From an uncultured Nitrososphaerota archaeon (GTDB lineage Archaea > Thermoproteota > Nitrososphaeria > Nitrososphaerales > Nitrosopumilaceae): a stretch of 64,000 nucleotides of DNA. The stretch lies in contig CAWGPD010000003.1 in assembly GCA_963824385.1 (NCBI GenBank), positions 32,001 to 96,000 of the forward strand. Direction: 5' to 3'. The position numbers and the translations under genes are program-made. Shown in pieces: positions 52,394 through 61,365 of this stretch; position 1 is the stretch's first letter, and each line of letters begins with the position of its first letter. The notes beneath the pieces were generated by a model that was not told the origin of the DNA, did not search any database, and was given only the letters and a program-made list of their open reading frames with translations.

Positions 52394-53190
52394 TAACTAC
52401 CAAACATCGATGTTATGATGTCATTTACTTTTTGGAATTCGACGCTACCCCATTGCAAGTATATGTTGGCAAATACTACCTCTGCCGCTTGCCTTGTTTT
52501 CATACCTGAATCAAGAATCTTTGCAAATGCTATTGTTTCACGCAAGCTTGGAGAATAGTATAACTCTTCTACTGCAGCTGCTTGTCGTAAAATATTTGCC
52601 AATTTTATTCCTTGCAAGATCTCCTTTTCATGAGATGATGATGAATACTGCTTGACTATTCGAAATTCAATATCCTCTGGTGGATAATCTAGTCTAAGTC
52701 TTATGGGGAATCTGCTTAGTAATTGTGGTGGAAGCTCTTTTGTACCAACATGTGATAACGGATTAATTGTAGCAACAACAAACCATCCTTTAGTAGCTTT
52801 TATCAATTCTCCACCCGATTCTTTTAGAACAATCTGTCTTCTATCATCAAGTGCTTCATCAAGGCGAAGAAGGACGTCTGCCTCTGCAGAATTTATCTCA
52901 TCAAGATAAAGCATGTTTCCCTCTCTCATGGATTTGACTAGGATTCCTTGCTCAAATCCAATTGCACCGTTTTCCATTGTTTTTGCTCCTACCAGATGAC
53001 TCTCACGTGTTCTTAAACTAAAATTGATTGACTCTAGCTTTATTCCTTTTCTTGTGGCAAATTCTCTTACTAGTGTAGTCTTACCTGTACCCTTGGGACC
53101 TATTATGAGAACAAATAGATCAGCGGCAAATGCTTTGTCTAGAACTTCAAATGAATTATTCCAATCAATATACAATGATTCTGTAAGCAT
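52393..53190 (-). CDS. MoxR-family AAA+ ATPase (CbbQ/NirQ/NorQ-like)
   Basis: GPKGTGKT, YLDEIN, ATINP, LLSRF, SLRE. Confidence 0.9.
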   Translation of the reverse strand: MLTESLYIDWNNSFEVLDKAFAADLFVLIIGPKGTGKTTLVREFATRKGIKLESINFSLRTRESHLVGAKTMENGAIGFEQGILVKSMREGNMLYLDEINSAEADVLLRLDEALDDRRQIVLKESGGELIKATKGWFVVATINPLSHVGTKELPPQLLSRFPIRLRLDYPPEDIEFRIVKQYSSSSHEKEILQGIKLANILRQAAAVEELYYSPSLRETIAFAKILDSGMKTRQAAEVVFANIYLQWGSVEFQKVNDIITSMFGS

Positions 53191-53327
53191 GTTTGAACAA
53201 AGTTCTTTCCTTAATTTAAAAATGTCTCATTGTTTAACACTAGGTATAGCAGAATTAATCTTCAAAGAATGTGAAAAGCAGTTCTATTCCAATTAATATT
53301 CCTTGATCTAAATATCTTTGAATTTTT

Positions 53328-54780
53328 TTATACGCCTATTTTTGCGTATGATTCATCCAAAATATGGTGTAAGGTTTTATGCCAAGCATCAAAACCATCT
53401 GGTTTCTTGGGGAAGTTGTAATAATGTTCTGTTAATGCTTTATTTTGTTGTGCAGTGAATCTAAGTCCATCTGCAAGAGTTTTGTTGAGTGCACCTCTTA
53501 TCATCATGCCTAAGCTTTCCAACAGTTCCAAAGTCTGGGTGCTCTCCTTTGCTAATTGCTTCCACGTCTAATTTTGATAAAAAGTGCTTCATTCCATAGT
53601 TTATCTGTTCATTTGTTAGAGTCTGGAGTAAACGTCTGAAAATCTCAAGACCTGCTGTTTTGTATCCATAATCATTAATAAAATCAATATTGTATTGCCA
53701 AAGACCTGCTTCGCTAACATCTCCTGCTTCAATTGCATTTACTGCATTTTTACCTAAGATAGTTGCTGCAACTATCGCTGGACCAATTCCTCCAGCATCA
53801 AGTGGTTTTGGCATCCATGCAGAATCACCAACAAGCATGTATCCATTTGTAACCAAACAATCATTTTGTCTTCTCACAGAAACTTGCCAATTACCTGTTA
53901 CATTATTGGAATCCATTGAATCGTCTGATAATTTTGGATTTATTATGGCCTTGTTCATCTTGACATAATCATTAATTAATTTAGTGACGTCATCATGTGT
54001 TCCTAATCTTTGGTTTCTTTTTATCAACTCTTTTTGTTGAACGCCCAATCCAATGTTTACCTTGTTTTTTCCTTTTGGAAATACCCATCCATATCCTCCA
54101 GGAGCTATATCTTGATCAAGATGAATTATACAATAATCTGGATCAAACTCTTTCTTGTCATCTACACCTTGATCAAATTTCATAATATGTCGTCCTGTTG
54201 ATTCTAAATCATCACGGTCAATTTTTCGCTCTATCTTGTTGCTTATGGTAAGACCGTTTCTTAACATCGAAGTAACACCAGTGGCATCAACTACAATTTT
54301 TGCAGTTTTTTTGAATGGCTCTTTTGTAAGTAGATTTGTTCCTTCTACTCCAACAACTGCACCGTTTTCATATGTTAAACCCCTTAATGCAACAGAATAT
54401 TGGATGTTAATTCCTGCTTTTTTTGCATCACGAAGCTGACGTTGGGGAAGCTGTTGTCTGTTTAACATGTATCCATCGCCATCAAAAGGAATTGATGTCT
54501 CTCTATCAGGGGAAAATGCCATCACTCCCTTTACGGGATGCTCAATCTCTGGGTTACCCCATGCAATCTTGATTCTCTCAGTCATGTAATCTACAGTATT
54601 TTTTCCAACGGCATCACCACAAACCCATCCATTGAGTGTCTTCATGCCAATGGTAATCTCGGGATTTCTATCTATTACAAGAATTGATAATTTTTGTTTT
54701 GAATAATACGCAGCAGATTGAGCAGCAATCATTCCTGCAAGACCTCCACCTGCTACAATGATATCATAATCTGTTTTCAC
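53328..54780 (-). CDS. geranylgeranyl reductase family (DGGGPL reductase-like); frameshift at ~53513
   Basis: GGGLAG, CG, PGGYGWVFPKG, GDSA...PLDAGGI; the C-terminal part continues in the 53328-53531 frame. Confidence 0.88.
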
Positions 54781-54842
54781 AGCGAAAAAACAGGATCCAC
54801 TCTATTTAAAAGAACCGTATGGAAATAGATCAAAAGGATTTT

Positions 54843-54912
54843 GGGTCGGTTCGTCGCGGCTTCTTCACAGCAGATGCTCAGACTGGAGCGGCAAAAATAT
54901 TACCTCATTCCC
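54843..54912 (-). ncRNA. candidate C/D box-type sRNA
   Basis: minus strand reads GGG-A-ATGAGGT..CTGA..GTGAAGA..CCGA-CCC; TTTAATAA TATA box at 54942-54935; T-rich tract downstream; GC-rich island in an AT-rich intergenic gap. Confidence 0.6.
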
Positions 54913-54964
54913 TTTTCTCTAGGGTTGACAAATATTATTAAACTATGCTAGGCGCTGATTTTAT

Positions 54965-55387
54965 TCAAACTGTGAGTAACTCTATGTATTTTTTTGAAAT
55001 TTCATCTTTTTTGTAGATTGGCATTTTTACCTTGATTTTTATTGCATTATTTTGTTGTAAACTAATTTCTTTATTTACAAGTTCATTCTTGCCTATCCTT
55101 AAGAAAAGTGTAGTATCTTCAAAATACAAATCTATGTTTTCTATTAGATCTTTCATCTGAGTCTTTGATATTTTGGACGCTAATTTTTTAACAAATTCTT
55201 CTCCACGTTTTTTTGATAGTGTTATCTTGGCAAGCAATATTGGATTTCCATAATGACCAAGAGTTTGTTCTATGGTAAATTCATCTTCTTTTATTTGAAA
55301 CAAGTCAAAGATGGGCTCAAAGATTTTTTTATTATCCTCTGTTGCATGTAAGATTAATTCAGCTTCTACTTCGAACTGATGTGTCAT
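54965..55387 (-). CDS. archaeal RNA-binding protein (DUF54/COG1325-like)
   Basis: HATED, GHYGNPI, FLRIGK motifs. Confidence 0.8.
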   Translation of the reverse strand: MTHQFEVEAELILHATEDNKKIFEPIFDLFQIKEDEFTIEQTLGHYGNPILLAKITLSKKRGEEFVKKLASKISKTQMKDLIENIDLYFEDTTLFLRIGKNELVNKEISLQQNNAIKIKVKMPIYKKDEISKKYIELLTV

Positions 55388-55421
55388 GTTATGTAATACC
55401 TGAAGAATAGGCTAATATCTA

Positions 55422-56036
55422 TTAGGCTTGTAACAGGGCAATCTCGCCCTCTGCAGTCCTGATGAGCTTTGCCTTTTCAATTCCTACGTGTCTTACGTGA
55501 ACTATCTTCTTGACAGCTGCCATGATATCAGAATTAATCTTTCCAAATACTGTAGCCTGGATGAACTGATCTATTGACATTTCTGGTATAGTCTTTGTCA
55601 TTACTTCCTGTGCCACCATTCTGATTGCATGCTTTCTTGACGTGTTCAACTTCTTCTGGGTCAAGGCAACTATCTTTATTCTAAAAATGTAACCATCCTT
55701 TGTCTTAAAATCTGCAATAAAACTAATCAATGAGGAACCGCGTCTTACTAAACTTCTAAGAAATTCCTTTGCATACTCAAATCTCTTGAAAATTGTAGTT
55801 GCTTTTTCACCATCTATTTTGTCAATCTGGAAATACAATTTGAACTGGTGTTGGGAAGGATCTCCTTTTAGTATATCGTGTAATGTGCATTCTATTACTC
55901 TGCCAACTGCACCCTTTTCATCAGTAATTGGAATGTAAGCAATTGGTTTTTTGTCAAACGAAGCAGGAAGTAATACTGTTACCCACTTTTTCTCTCTCCA
56001 CTTGTCTTTTACTCTTGATGTCTTTTGACGAGCCAA
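55422..56036 (-). CDS. rps3ae: 30S ribosomal protein S3Ae (eS1)
   Basis: KDKWREKKW, GRVIE, LRSLVRRGSS. Confidence 0.95.
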   Translation of the reverse strand: MARQKTSRVKDKWREKKWVTVLLPASFDKKPIAYIPITDEKGAVGRVIECTLHDILKGDPSQHQFKLYFQIDKIDGEKATTIFKRFEYAKEFLRSLVRRGSSLISFIADFKTKDGYIFRIKIVALTQKKLNTSRKHAIRMVAQEVMTKTIPEMSIDQFIQATVFGKINSDIMAAVKKIVHVRHVGIEKAKLIRTAEGEIALLQA

Positions 56037-56079
56037 CTATGATGAACTTCTGAGGCCAAAATATAAGTTGTACGACATT

Positions 56080-57343
56080 TTAGATTAGATTAGAGCCTAC
56101 GTATTTTTCTAATACCTTTGGAACTGTAATATGTCCATCTTTTGTCTGGAAATTTTCTATTATTGCAACCATAGTTCGAGTGGTTGCTACCAGTGTGCTA
56201 TTCAAGGAATGGAGATATTGTGGTTGTTCATCTGTTCTATCTCTAAATCTTATTTTTAATCTTCTTGCTTGAAAATCAAGACAATTTGAACAAGATACAA
56301 TTTCTCTATAGCTCTTCTGTCCTGCCATCCATGCTTCCAAGTCATATGTCTTGGCAGAGATCTTGCCCAAATCTCCACTTGATAATAACATGATTCTGTA
56401 CGGGATGCCAATTTTTTGATAAAATTCTTCTGCTATTGCAAGCATTTTTTCATGTTCCTTCCATGAATCCTCAGGTCTTGTAAAGACAAACTGTTCTACT
56501 TTTTCAAATTGATGTACTCGAAATATTCCCTTTTGGTCTCTACCATGAGCTCCTGCTTCTTTTCTAAAACATGTACTTACTCCTGCATATCTTAGCGGTA
56601 ATTTTTTACCATCAATAATCTCATCTGAATGCATTGATGCTACTGCATGCTCACTTGTTCCAATGAGGTAAAGATCTTCAGACTCTATCTTGTAAATCAC
56701 ATCTTCAAAATCTTGGGCAATTATAGCCCCTTCCATTGCATTTCTATTTATCAAAAATGGCGTTTGGATGGGTGTGTAACTTTTCTCAGTCAAAAAATCA
56801 AGTGCATATTGCAGTAACGCTTGATTTAACCTAACAAGTTGATTTTTGAGAAAGTAAAATCTTGCTCCTGAGACCTTGGCGGCTCTTTCCAAATCCACAA
56901 GGTCAAGATTCTGTGTCAAATCGATATGGTCTTTTATATCAAAATCAAAAGTAGGTATAGTACCCCATTTTTTTATCTCCTTGTTTGCAATGTCATCTTT
57001 TCCAATAGGAACTGATTCGTGGACCATATTGGGTAGTGTTAAAGAAAGTTTTGTGAAATTATCTTCTACCTTTATCTGAGTCTCTTCTAATCTACGGAGA
57101 TCCTCCGAAACTGTTTGCATTTGCCCAATGAGGACAGATGCATCTTCATTTGATTTTTTTTTCCTTGAAATTTCTAATGATACCTCGTTTCTTTTTTTCC
57201 TCAATTCATCAGTTTTTATAATTAGTTCTCTTCTTTCCTTGTCTAATGATATTAATTCATCAAGAGGAAATTTGACAGACTCTTGCTTCCAACATGGATT
57301 TTATTTTCTCTGGATTCTCTCGAAGAAGTTTTGGGTCAAGCAT
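56080..57343 (-). CDS. serS: seryl-tRNA synthetase (frameshift at ~57279)
   Basis: GTSE, FRKEAG...GIFRVHQFEK, EIVSCSNC; true N-terminus MLDPKLLRENPEKI from ATG 57343, joined by restoring AGCT. Confidence 0.95.
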
Positions 57344-57585
57344 CAACTAGTCACTTTGAGTATAACTTGGGTTTGTTCAAGAACTTCATCAATAGTAGAA
57401 ATCAAGGTTCGTATATTTCCTTTACCCTCAAATGTGAAAACTAGAGAGGCGTCTTTTTTTTCTATCTTAAAAGAAAGATTTTCTGGAAAATCTACATTAT
57501 CAGGCTCCAAAGACTTTCTTATGGAATCTATCCTTTTTTCTGAAAGGTTATTCAGAAACACTTCAACTTTACATTCTAGTGACAT
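57343..57585 (-). CDS. KEOPS subunit Pcc1-like
   Basis: 80 aa with 'SLEPDN'; conserved position between the RecJ-like gene and serS. Confidence 0.75.
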   Translation of the reverse strand: MSLECKVEVFLNNLSEKRIDSIRKSLEPDNVDFPENLSFKIEKKDASLVFTFEGKGNIRTLISTIDEVLEQTQVILKVTS

Positions 57586-58966
57586 TTTTTTCCAGATGAT
57601 CTAAAAATTCATCCAATTTGTCTTTTGTAATTCTTGCTCCTGCGGCTGCTGCGTGACCTCCTCCTACACCTGATACCTTTGCAGCGCATTCTCGCATTAA
57701 TAATCCCAAATTTACTTCAGATTTGCAACCAGTAGATTTGCGTGAAGAGAACTTGATCGTGCCTTCATCACCATTTGTTCGAAGTATGATTATTTTTCCA
57801 GTGTTTTTCTGTGATCCGCCAAGAAGTGACGATACTGCACCTGTCATATTCTCTGGCACAAGACCTTCGCCATTGACCATCAAGTATGAACCGTTATCAG
57901 TAATTCTCCATCTTTCACTGGAAAGTGTATTCATGTAAGTTCTCAAGAATGTTCTATATTCCACCAAAATGTTCTCACCCTCTTCTAACATCTTGGTCCT
58001 GTCTCCCATACAGATCGCAACACCTACTCCAGTTTTTCGAATTCTGCCACAAGAGTTTAACATTGTTGAAAACTCTCTTGCATCCCGAAGAAAACTTCGC
58101 TTATCTTCACCAGATAACGTGTATGTGTATCCAACTAGCTCATCAAGTATGTCACTTGCATTTTTTGTAGAGATGTATTTTGATATGGTCTGAAGTAAAG
58201 TTCTTTTTTCATCCTCTGTAAGTTCCGCAGGAACTCTCCATCTACTACCATCCTTTAATTTTATTCCTGACGAATTTAACAGTGAAAGACAGGCATCTCT
58301 ATTCCATGTTAAACCCTCTATGAAAGGCTGAGAAGTAAATGCAAGTGCGTCTGGGAGAGGTCTTGTCTCTCTTCCAACTAGTAAAATATCTAAATCAATT
58401 TCAACTTGATTGTTCTTTTTTGCAGTAGCTGCAATTTCTAAATTTAGTCCTGTAAAAGATTTCTTTTCGCCTTGGTCTTGCCTGTCCCCTAATGCTGCAA
58501 CAACTGCAATCCATGCCAAATCTGTGTTCTCTTTGTGAAGCGCTTTTGATACAAGATATGCCATACCTCCTGCAGACACATCCTTGCCGCCATCCACATC
58601 ATACTTCCAAGCATTGATGACTTTTTGATTATCAAATTCTTCTTGTGGTATTTGGTGATGATCAACTACTATCCACTCCTCGCCTAGGGCATTGTCAATA
58701 TCCTTTGCAAATCCTCCGCCAAGATCAGTAACTATATGAAATTGTCTTGAATCGCTTTTCATTTTTTCAAGAATGTTTTTACTAAATTCATTAACTGTGC
58801 GGACAGTACACTTGGCACCTGCCCTAATCAATGATTTTGTTACAATACTGCCAGAAGTTATGCCATCACAATCAAGATGAGTGATAACTGAAATGTTTTT
58901 TCCTGTTTTGATACAATCAGAAACTCTGTCATGAAAATAAGATAATGCTTGGTCTAACTTTGCCAT
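57569..58966 (-). CDS. DHH/DHHA1 phosphoesterase, RecJ/Cdc45-like (GAN-type)
   Basis: HLDCDG, TDLG, VDHH, GGGHAAAAG; S15-RecJ-Pcc1-S3Ae neighbourhood. Confidence 0.88.
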   Translation of the reverse strand: MAKLDQALSYFHDRVSDCIKTGKNISVITHLDCDGITSGSIVTKSLIRAGAKCTVRTVNEFSKNILEKMKSDSRQFHIVTDLGGGFAKDIDNALGEEWIVVDHHQIPQEEFDNQKVINAWKYDVDGGKDVSAGGMAYLVSKALHKENTDLAWIAVVAALGDRQDQGEKKSFTGLNLEIAATAKKNNQVEIDLDILLVGRETRPLPDALAFTSQPFIEGLTWNRDACLSLLNSSGIKLKDGSRWRVPAELTEDEKRTLLQTISKYISTKNASDILDELVGYTYTLSGEDKRSFLRDAREFSTMLNSCGRIRKTGVGVAICMGDRTKMLEEGENILVEYRTFLRTYMNTLSSERWRITDNGSYLMVNGEGLVPENMTGAVSSLLGGSQKNTGKIIILRTNGDEGTIKFSSRKSTGCKSEVNLGLLMRECAAKVSGVGGGHAAAAGARITKDKLDEFLDHLEKNVTRM

Positions 58967-59415
58967 TATTCGAGTTGAGCAATGACTGCCTTATATTTCC
59001 AAGTTTTAGGAATTTTGCCCATTTTCTTGTAATATGAAGAAAGTCTATGGACCTTTGCCTCTAAGAGCTCAAGTGATCTGACATTTCTTTTATCTGATCT
59101 ATGTTCTTTCAAATGTTTTTGAAGACCCAGTGCCTTTGTTACTAGATTATTAAGATCTTCAGGCATGTCTGTTTTTACTCCCTTCTCTTCAAGAATCTCT
59201 GTAATTGACTTTTTGACAAGTTGTCTTGTGATCGGTATTGCGTATTGATCACGTAGTTTTATTCCGATCTTGCTTGGGGTGAGACCTTCTTTTGCATATT
59301 TTACAACCAGTTCCTCGATCTCTGCCGGACTTTGTTTTACCCATGTAGGTGCACTAGGAGTGATCGGTCTTGTTGAATGTGACTTGCCATGTCGGTGTGA
59401 ATGAAGTCGTCCCAC
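58966..59415 (-). CDS. rps15: 30S ribosomal protein S15 (uS15/S13e)
   Basis: MGRLHSHRHGKSHSTRP, IGIKLRDQ, PEDL, RLSSYYK. Confidence 0.96.
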   Translation of the reverse strand: MGRLHSHRHGKSHSTRPITPSAPTWVKQSPAEIEELVVKYAKEGLTPSKIGIKLRDQYAIPITRQLVKKSITEILEEKGVKTDMPEDLNNLVTKALGLQKHLKEHRSDKRNVRSLELLEAKVHRLSSYYKKMGKIPKTWKYKAVIAQLE

Positions 59416-59522
59416 GAAGCGCTTGTTTTTTAACGAAACATAAATGTTACTTGGGTCTGCGCAAGCCTGATAATCACATAAAAGTTAAATATATACGGAA
59501 TAGAATCACAATAGGTATTCAT

Positions 59523-59828
59523 ATGAAAACACCAATAATTATTGGAACAGTACTCCTGGCTCTATTTGCAGTCTCGACGTTTGTTCCGTTTGCTGCGGCA
59601 CAATACGTGCCAGGCGGTGGAATCAACAGTCTAGAAGAAGATTTGAAACTCGCTCGAGCTAAAGTACAGGCAGTACAAGATAATCCGCACGCAGGTTCCG
59701 GTACTCCATACCTTGATGCAAACGGTGTAGTCGGTGCAACAATCATTTCAGGTGGAATATTCGGTGGAATCTTCATTGCATTTGTCGTAAAAGCAAAGCA
59801 AGCGGAAAAAGCAAAGAGATCTCAATAA
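59523..59828 (+). CDS. candidate ammonia monooxygenase subunit AmoZ
   Basis: signal peptide (AAAQ), helical ectodomain, 'GSGTPYL', one C-terminal TM helix; paired with the downstream single-TM gene; recognised from memory, not confirmed by search. Confidence 0.6.
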   Translation: MKTPIIIGTVLLALFAVSTFVPFAAAQYVPGGGINSLEEDLKLARAKVQAVQDNPHAGSGTPYLDANGVVGATIISGGIFGGIFIAFVVKAKQAEKAKRSQ

Positions 59829-59934
59829 TTCTTCTCTTTTTCTTATTTTATTAATTCATGAACAAATCTAATTTTGATCTCATTTTTTATGTGCTTACAG
59901 AAATGTATATATCGCACCTAAAGTGTTTTCAATT

Positions 59935-60204
59935 ATGATGAGCACAATATTCACTATGCTCGTAGGTATACTGTCAAACTTTGCAGGTCAGATAGGTCCA
60001 AACTACGACCCGCTATTTTATGATGTGATGGTCTACATATTCGCAACCATCATGTTCTCAGTATTCCTTCTCGGAGTAATTGCATTCTGGCTCAGAGTGC
60101 ACGGTCTTGGTGGCGACACAAGAGAAAGATGGGTCGCAGAACTCAACAAGCACTTTGAAAGAGAAGGCATTGGTCTGATCCCAGACAACGGTAAATACTG
60201 GTAA
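59935..60204 (+). CDS. candidate ammonia monooxygenase subunit AmoY
   Basis: 89 aa, one central TM ('PLFYDVMVYIFATIMFSVFLLGVIAFWLR'); TATATAT ~25 nt upstream of ATG 59935; C-ending codon bias. Confidence 0.55.
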   Translation: MMSTIFTMLVGILSNFAGQIGPNYDPLFYDVMVYIFATIMFSVFLLGVIAFWLRVHGLGGDTRERWVAELNKHFEREGIGLIPDNGKYW

Positions 60205-60299
60205 ACTCCAAAACCTTTTTCCTTATTTTTAATTAATCTCTAAATTATATAATTTTGAATAAATTTTACTTGAAGTCTAGTTCTAATTTATTTTAAAGT

Positions 60300-60812
60300 C
60301 TAACTTGGAGGTGTAAAGGTTGGGGCTCCGGCGTTCTTTGTGACAAATTCTGCCCTGTAATGAGACCCATCATGAACTATGGCATGGATAAATTGAGATG
60401 ACTCTACACCATTTTCATATATTATTGATTTGGTCTCATCCATGTCTCGTAAAGGAAAACCTGACAACCATAGAAATTGCCCTACCTCAAATGGATATTC
60501 ACTTTGCCATGCACCAGTAATTGTTCCATCATCGGCAAAGACCATAGACCTTTGACAATTAGCTGGAATATCCGTAGTACTAATTGGCCTTATCCATTTT
60601 TTACCATCAACTAGAACTTCTAGCGTGGCAGATACATGATATTGGATATTCAATCCATTGAGACATTTATGATAAAGAGGATCTTGTAACTTTATCTGTG
60701 AAATGACTGTAGTACTAATCAATACGACTGCTACTCCTACAGCGGCTGAAATTGCAAGAAACTTGAGCGTTTTTTTACGTTTGGAAGGATCTCCCATTCC
60801 AGGCCAGAACAT
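60300..60812 (-). CDS. membrane-anchored hypothetical protein
   Basis: basic N-terminus plus one TM helix; two Cys residues in the predicted ectodomain. Confidence 0.7.
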   Translation of the reverse strand: MFWPGMGDPSKRKKTLKFLAISAAVGVAVVLISTTVISQIKLQDPLYHKCLNGLNIQYHVSATLEVLVDGKKWIRPISTTDIPANCQRSMVFADDGTITGAWQSEYPFEVGQFLWLSGFPLRDMDETKSIIYENGVESSQFIHAIVHDGSHYRAEFVTKNAGAPTFTPPS

Positions 60813-60886
60813 GACTTTGCTGCGGTTTCTGGAGTTATATAGATTGAGATATTTTTTATTAAATAATTAAAATATATAAAAGAAAT

Positions 60887-61234
60887 TTAGAGTGAGGATT
60901 CGCCGCGTTTTTTGGTTCCTACATCTACTGCATCTGCTACATCATAGATGAAGATCTTTCCTTCTCCAGCTTGACCAGTACCTGCATGAGAAGTTATTGC
61001 ATCTATTACTTTGTCCACCATACTGTCCTTTACAACTGTAATGATGATAGCATTCACATTGTGTGTAGCTTCTACACGTCCTCCTCTGCCCGATGAAACC
61101 ATTTCTCTTTTCCTTTGACCTCTGCCCTTGACATTAAAATACGTAAATCCTCCAATGTCAAGATCTACCAGAGCATAGAAGACGGAATCCAATTTTTCTT
61201 CTGGAATTACAGCCTCGATTTTTTTCATGGTCAT
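60887..61234 (-). CDS. nitrogen regulatory protein PII (GlnB/GlnK family)
   Basis: MKKIEAVI, GRG T-loop, TGQAGEGKIFI B-loop. Confidence 0.93.
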   Translation of the reverse strand: MTMKKIEAVIPEEKLDSVFYALVDLDIGGFTYFNVKGRGQRKREMVSSGRGGRVEATHNVNAIIITVVKDSMVDKVIDAITSHAGTGQAGEGKIFIYDVADAVDVGTKKRGESSL

Positions 61235-61301
61235 GATTCATTGCACATATGAAATGCTTTTATTAAAATCATTGCTTAAAATATTCCAAAATAAAGAATA
61301 T

Positions 61302-61346
61302 TATCATAAAATAACTATTTTAGGATAAAATACCTTTTATAGATGA
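61302..61346 (+). promoter_or_regulatory. duplicated promoter block, copy 1 (TTTTATAG TATA box)
   Basis: 42/45 identical to 63806-63850; the ATG lies 20 nt after the block end. Confidence 0.8.
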
Positions 61347-61365
61347 AATCCCTCTTTTCAAAAGA

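Noticed and set aside
2898..57343. pseudogenes or programmed frameshifting in hel308, acc, nuo, ABCE1, serS and others
   Set aside because: No other decay, no slippery heptamers, mixed +1/-1 directions, essential genes, and a single shared AGCT context all favour sequencing error
59370..59522. N-terminal extension of the 152-aa ORF
   Set aside because: Overlaps the rps15 start and the divergent promoter; the signal peptide begins at ATG 59523
280..59776. numerous 60-160 aa antisense or alternate-frame ORFs in the track
   Set aside because: They lie within well-supported genes and show the Ser/Ile/Phe-rich composition typical of shadow ORFs
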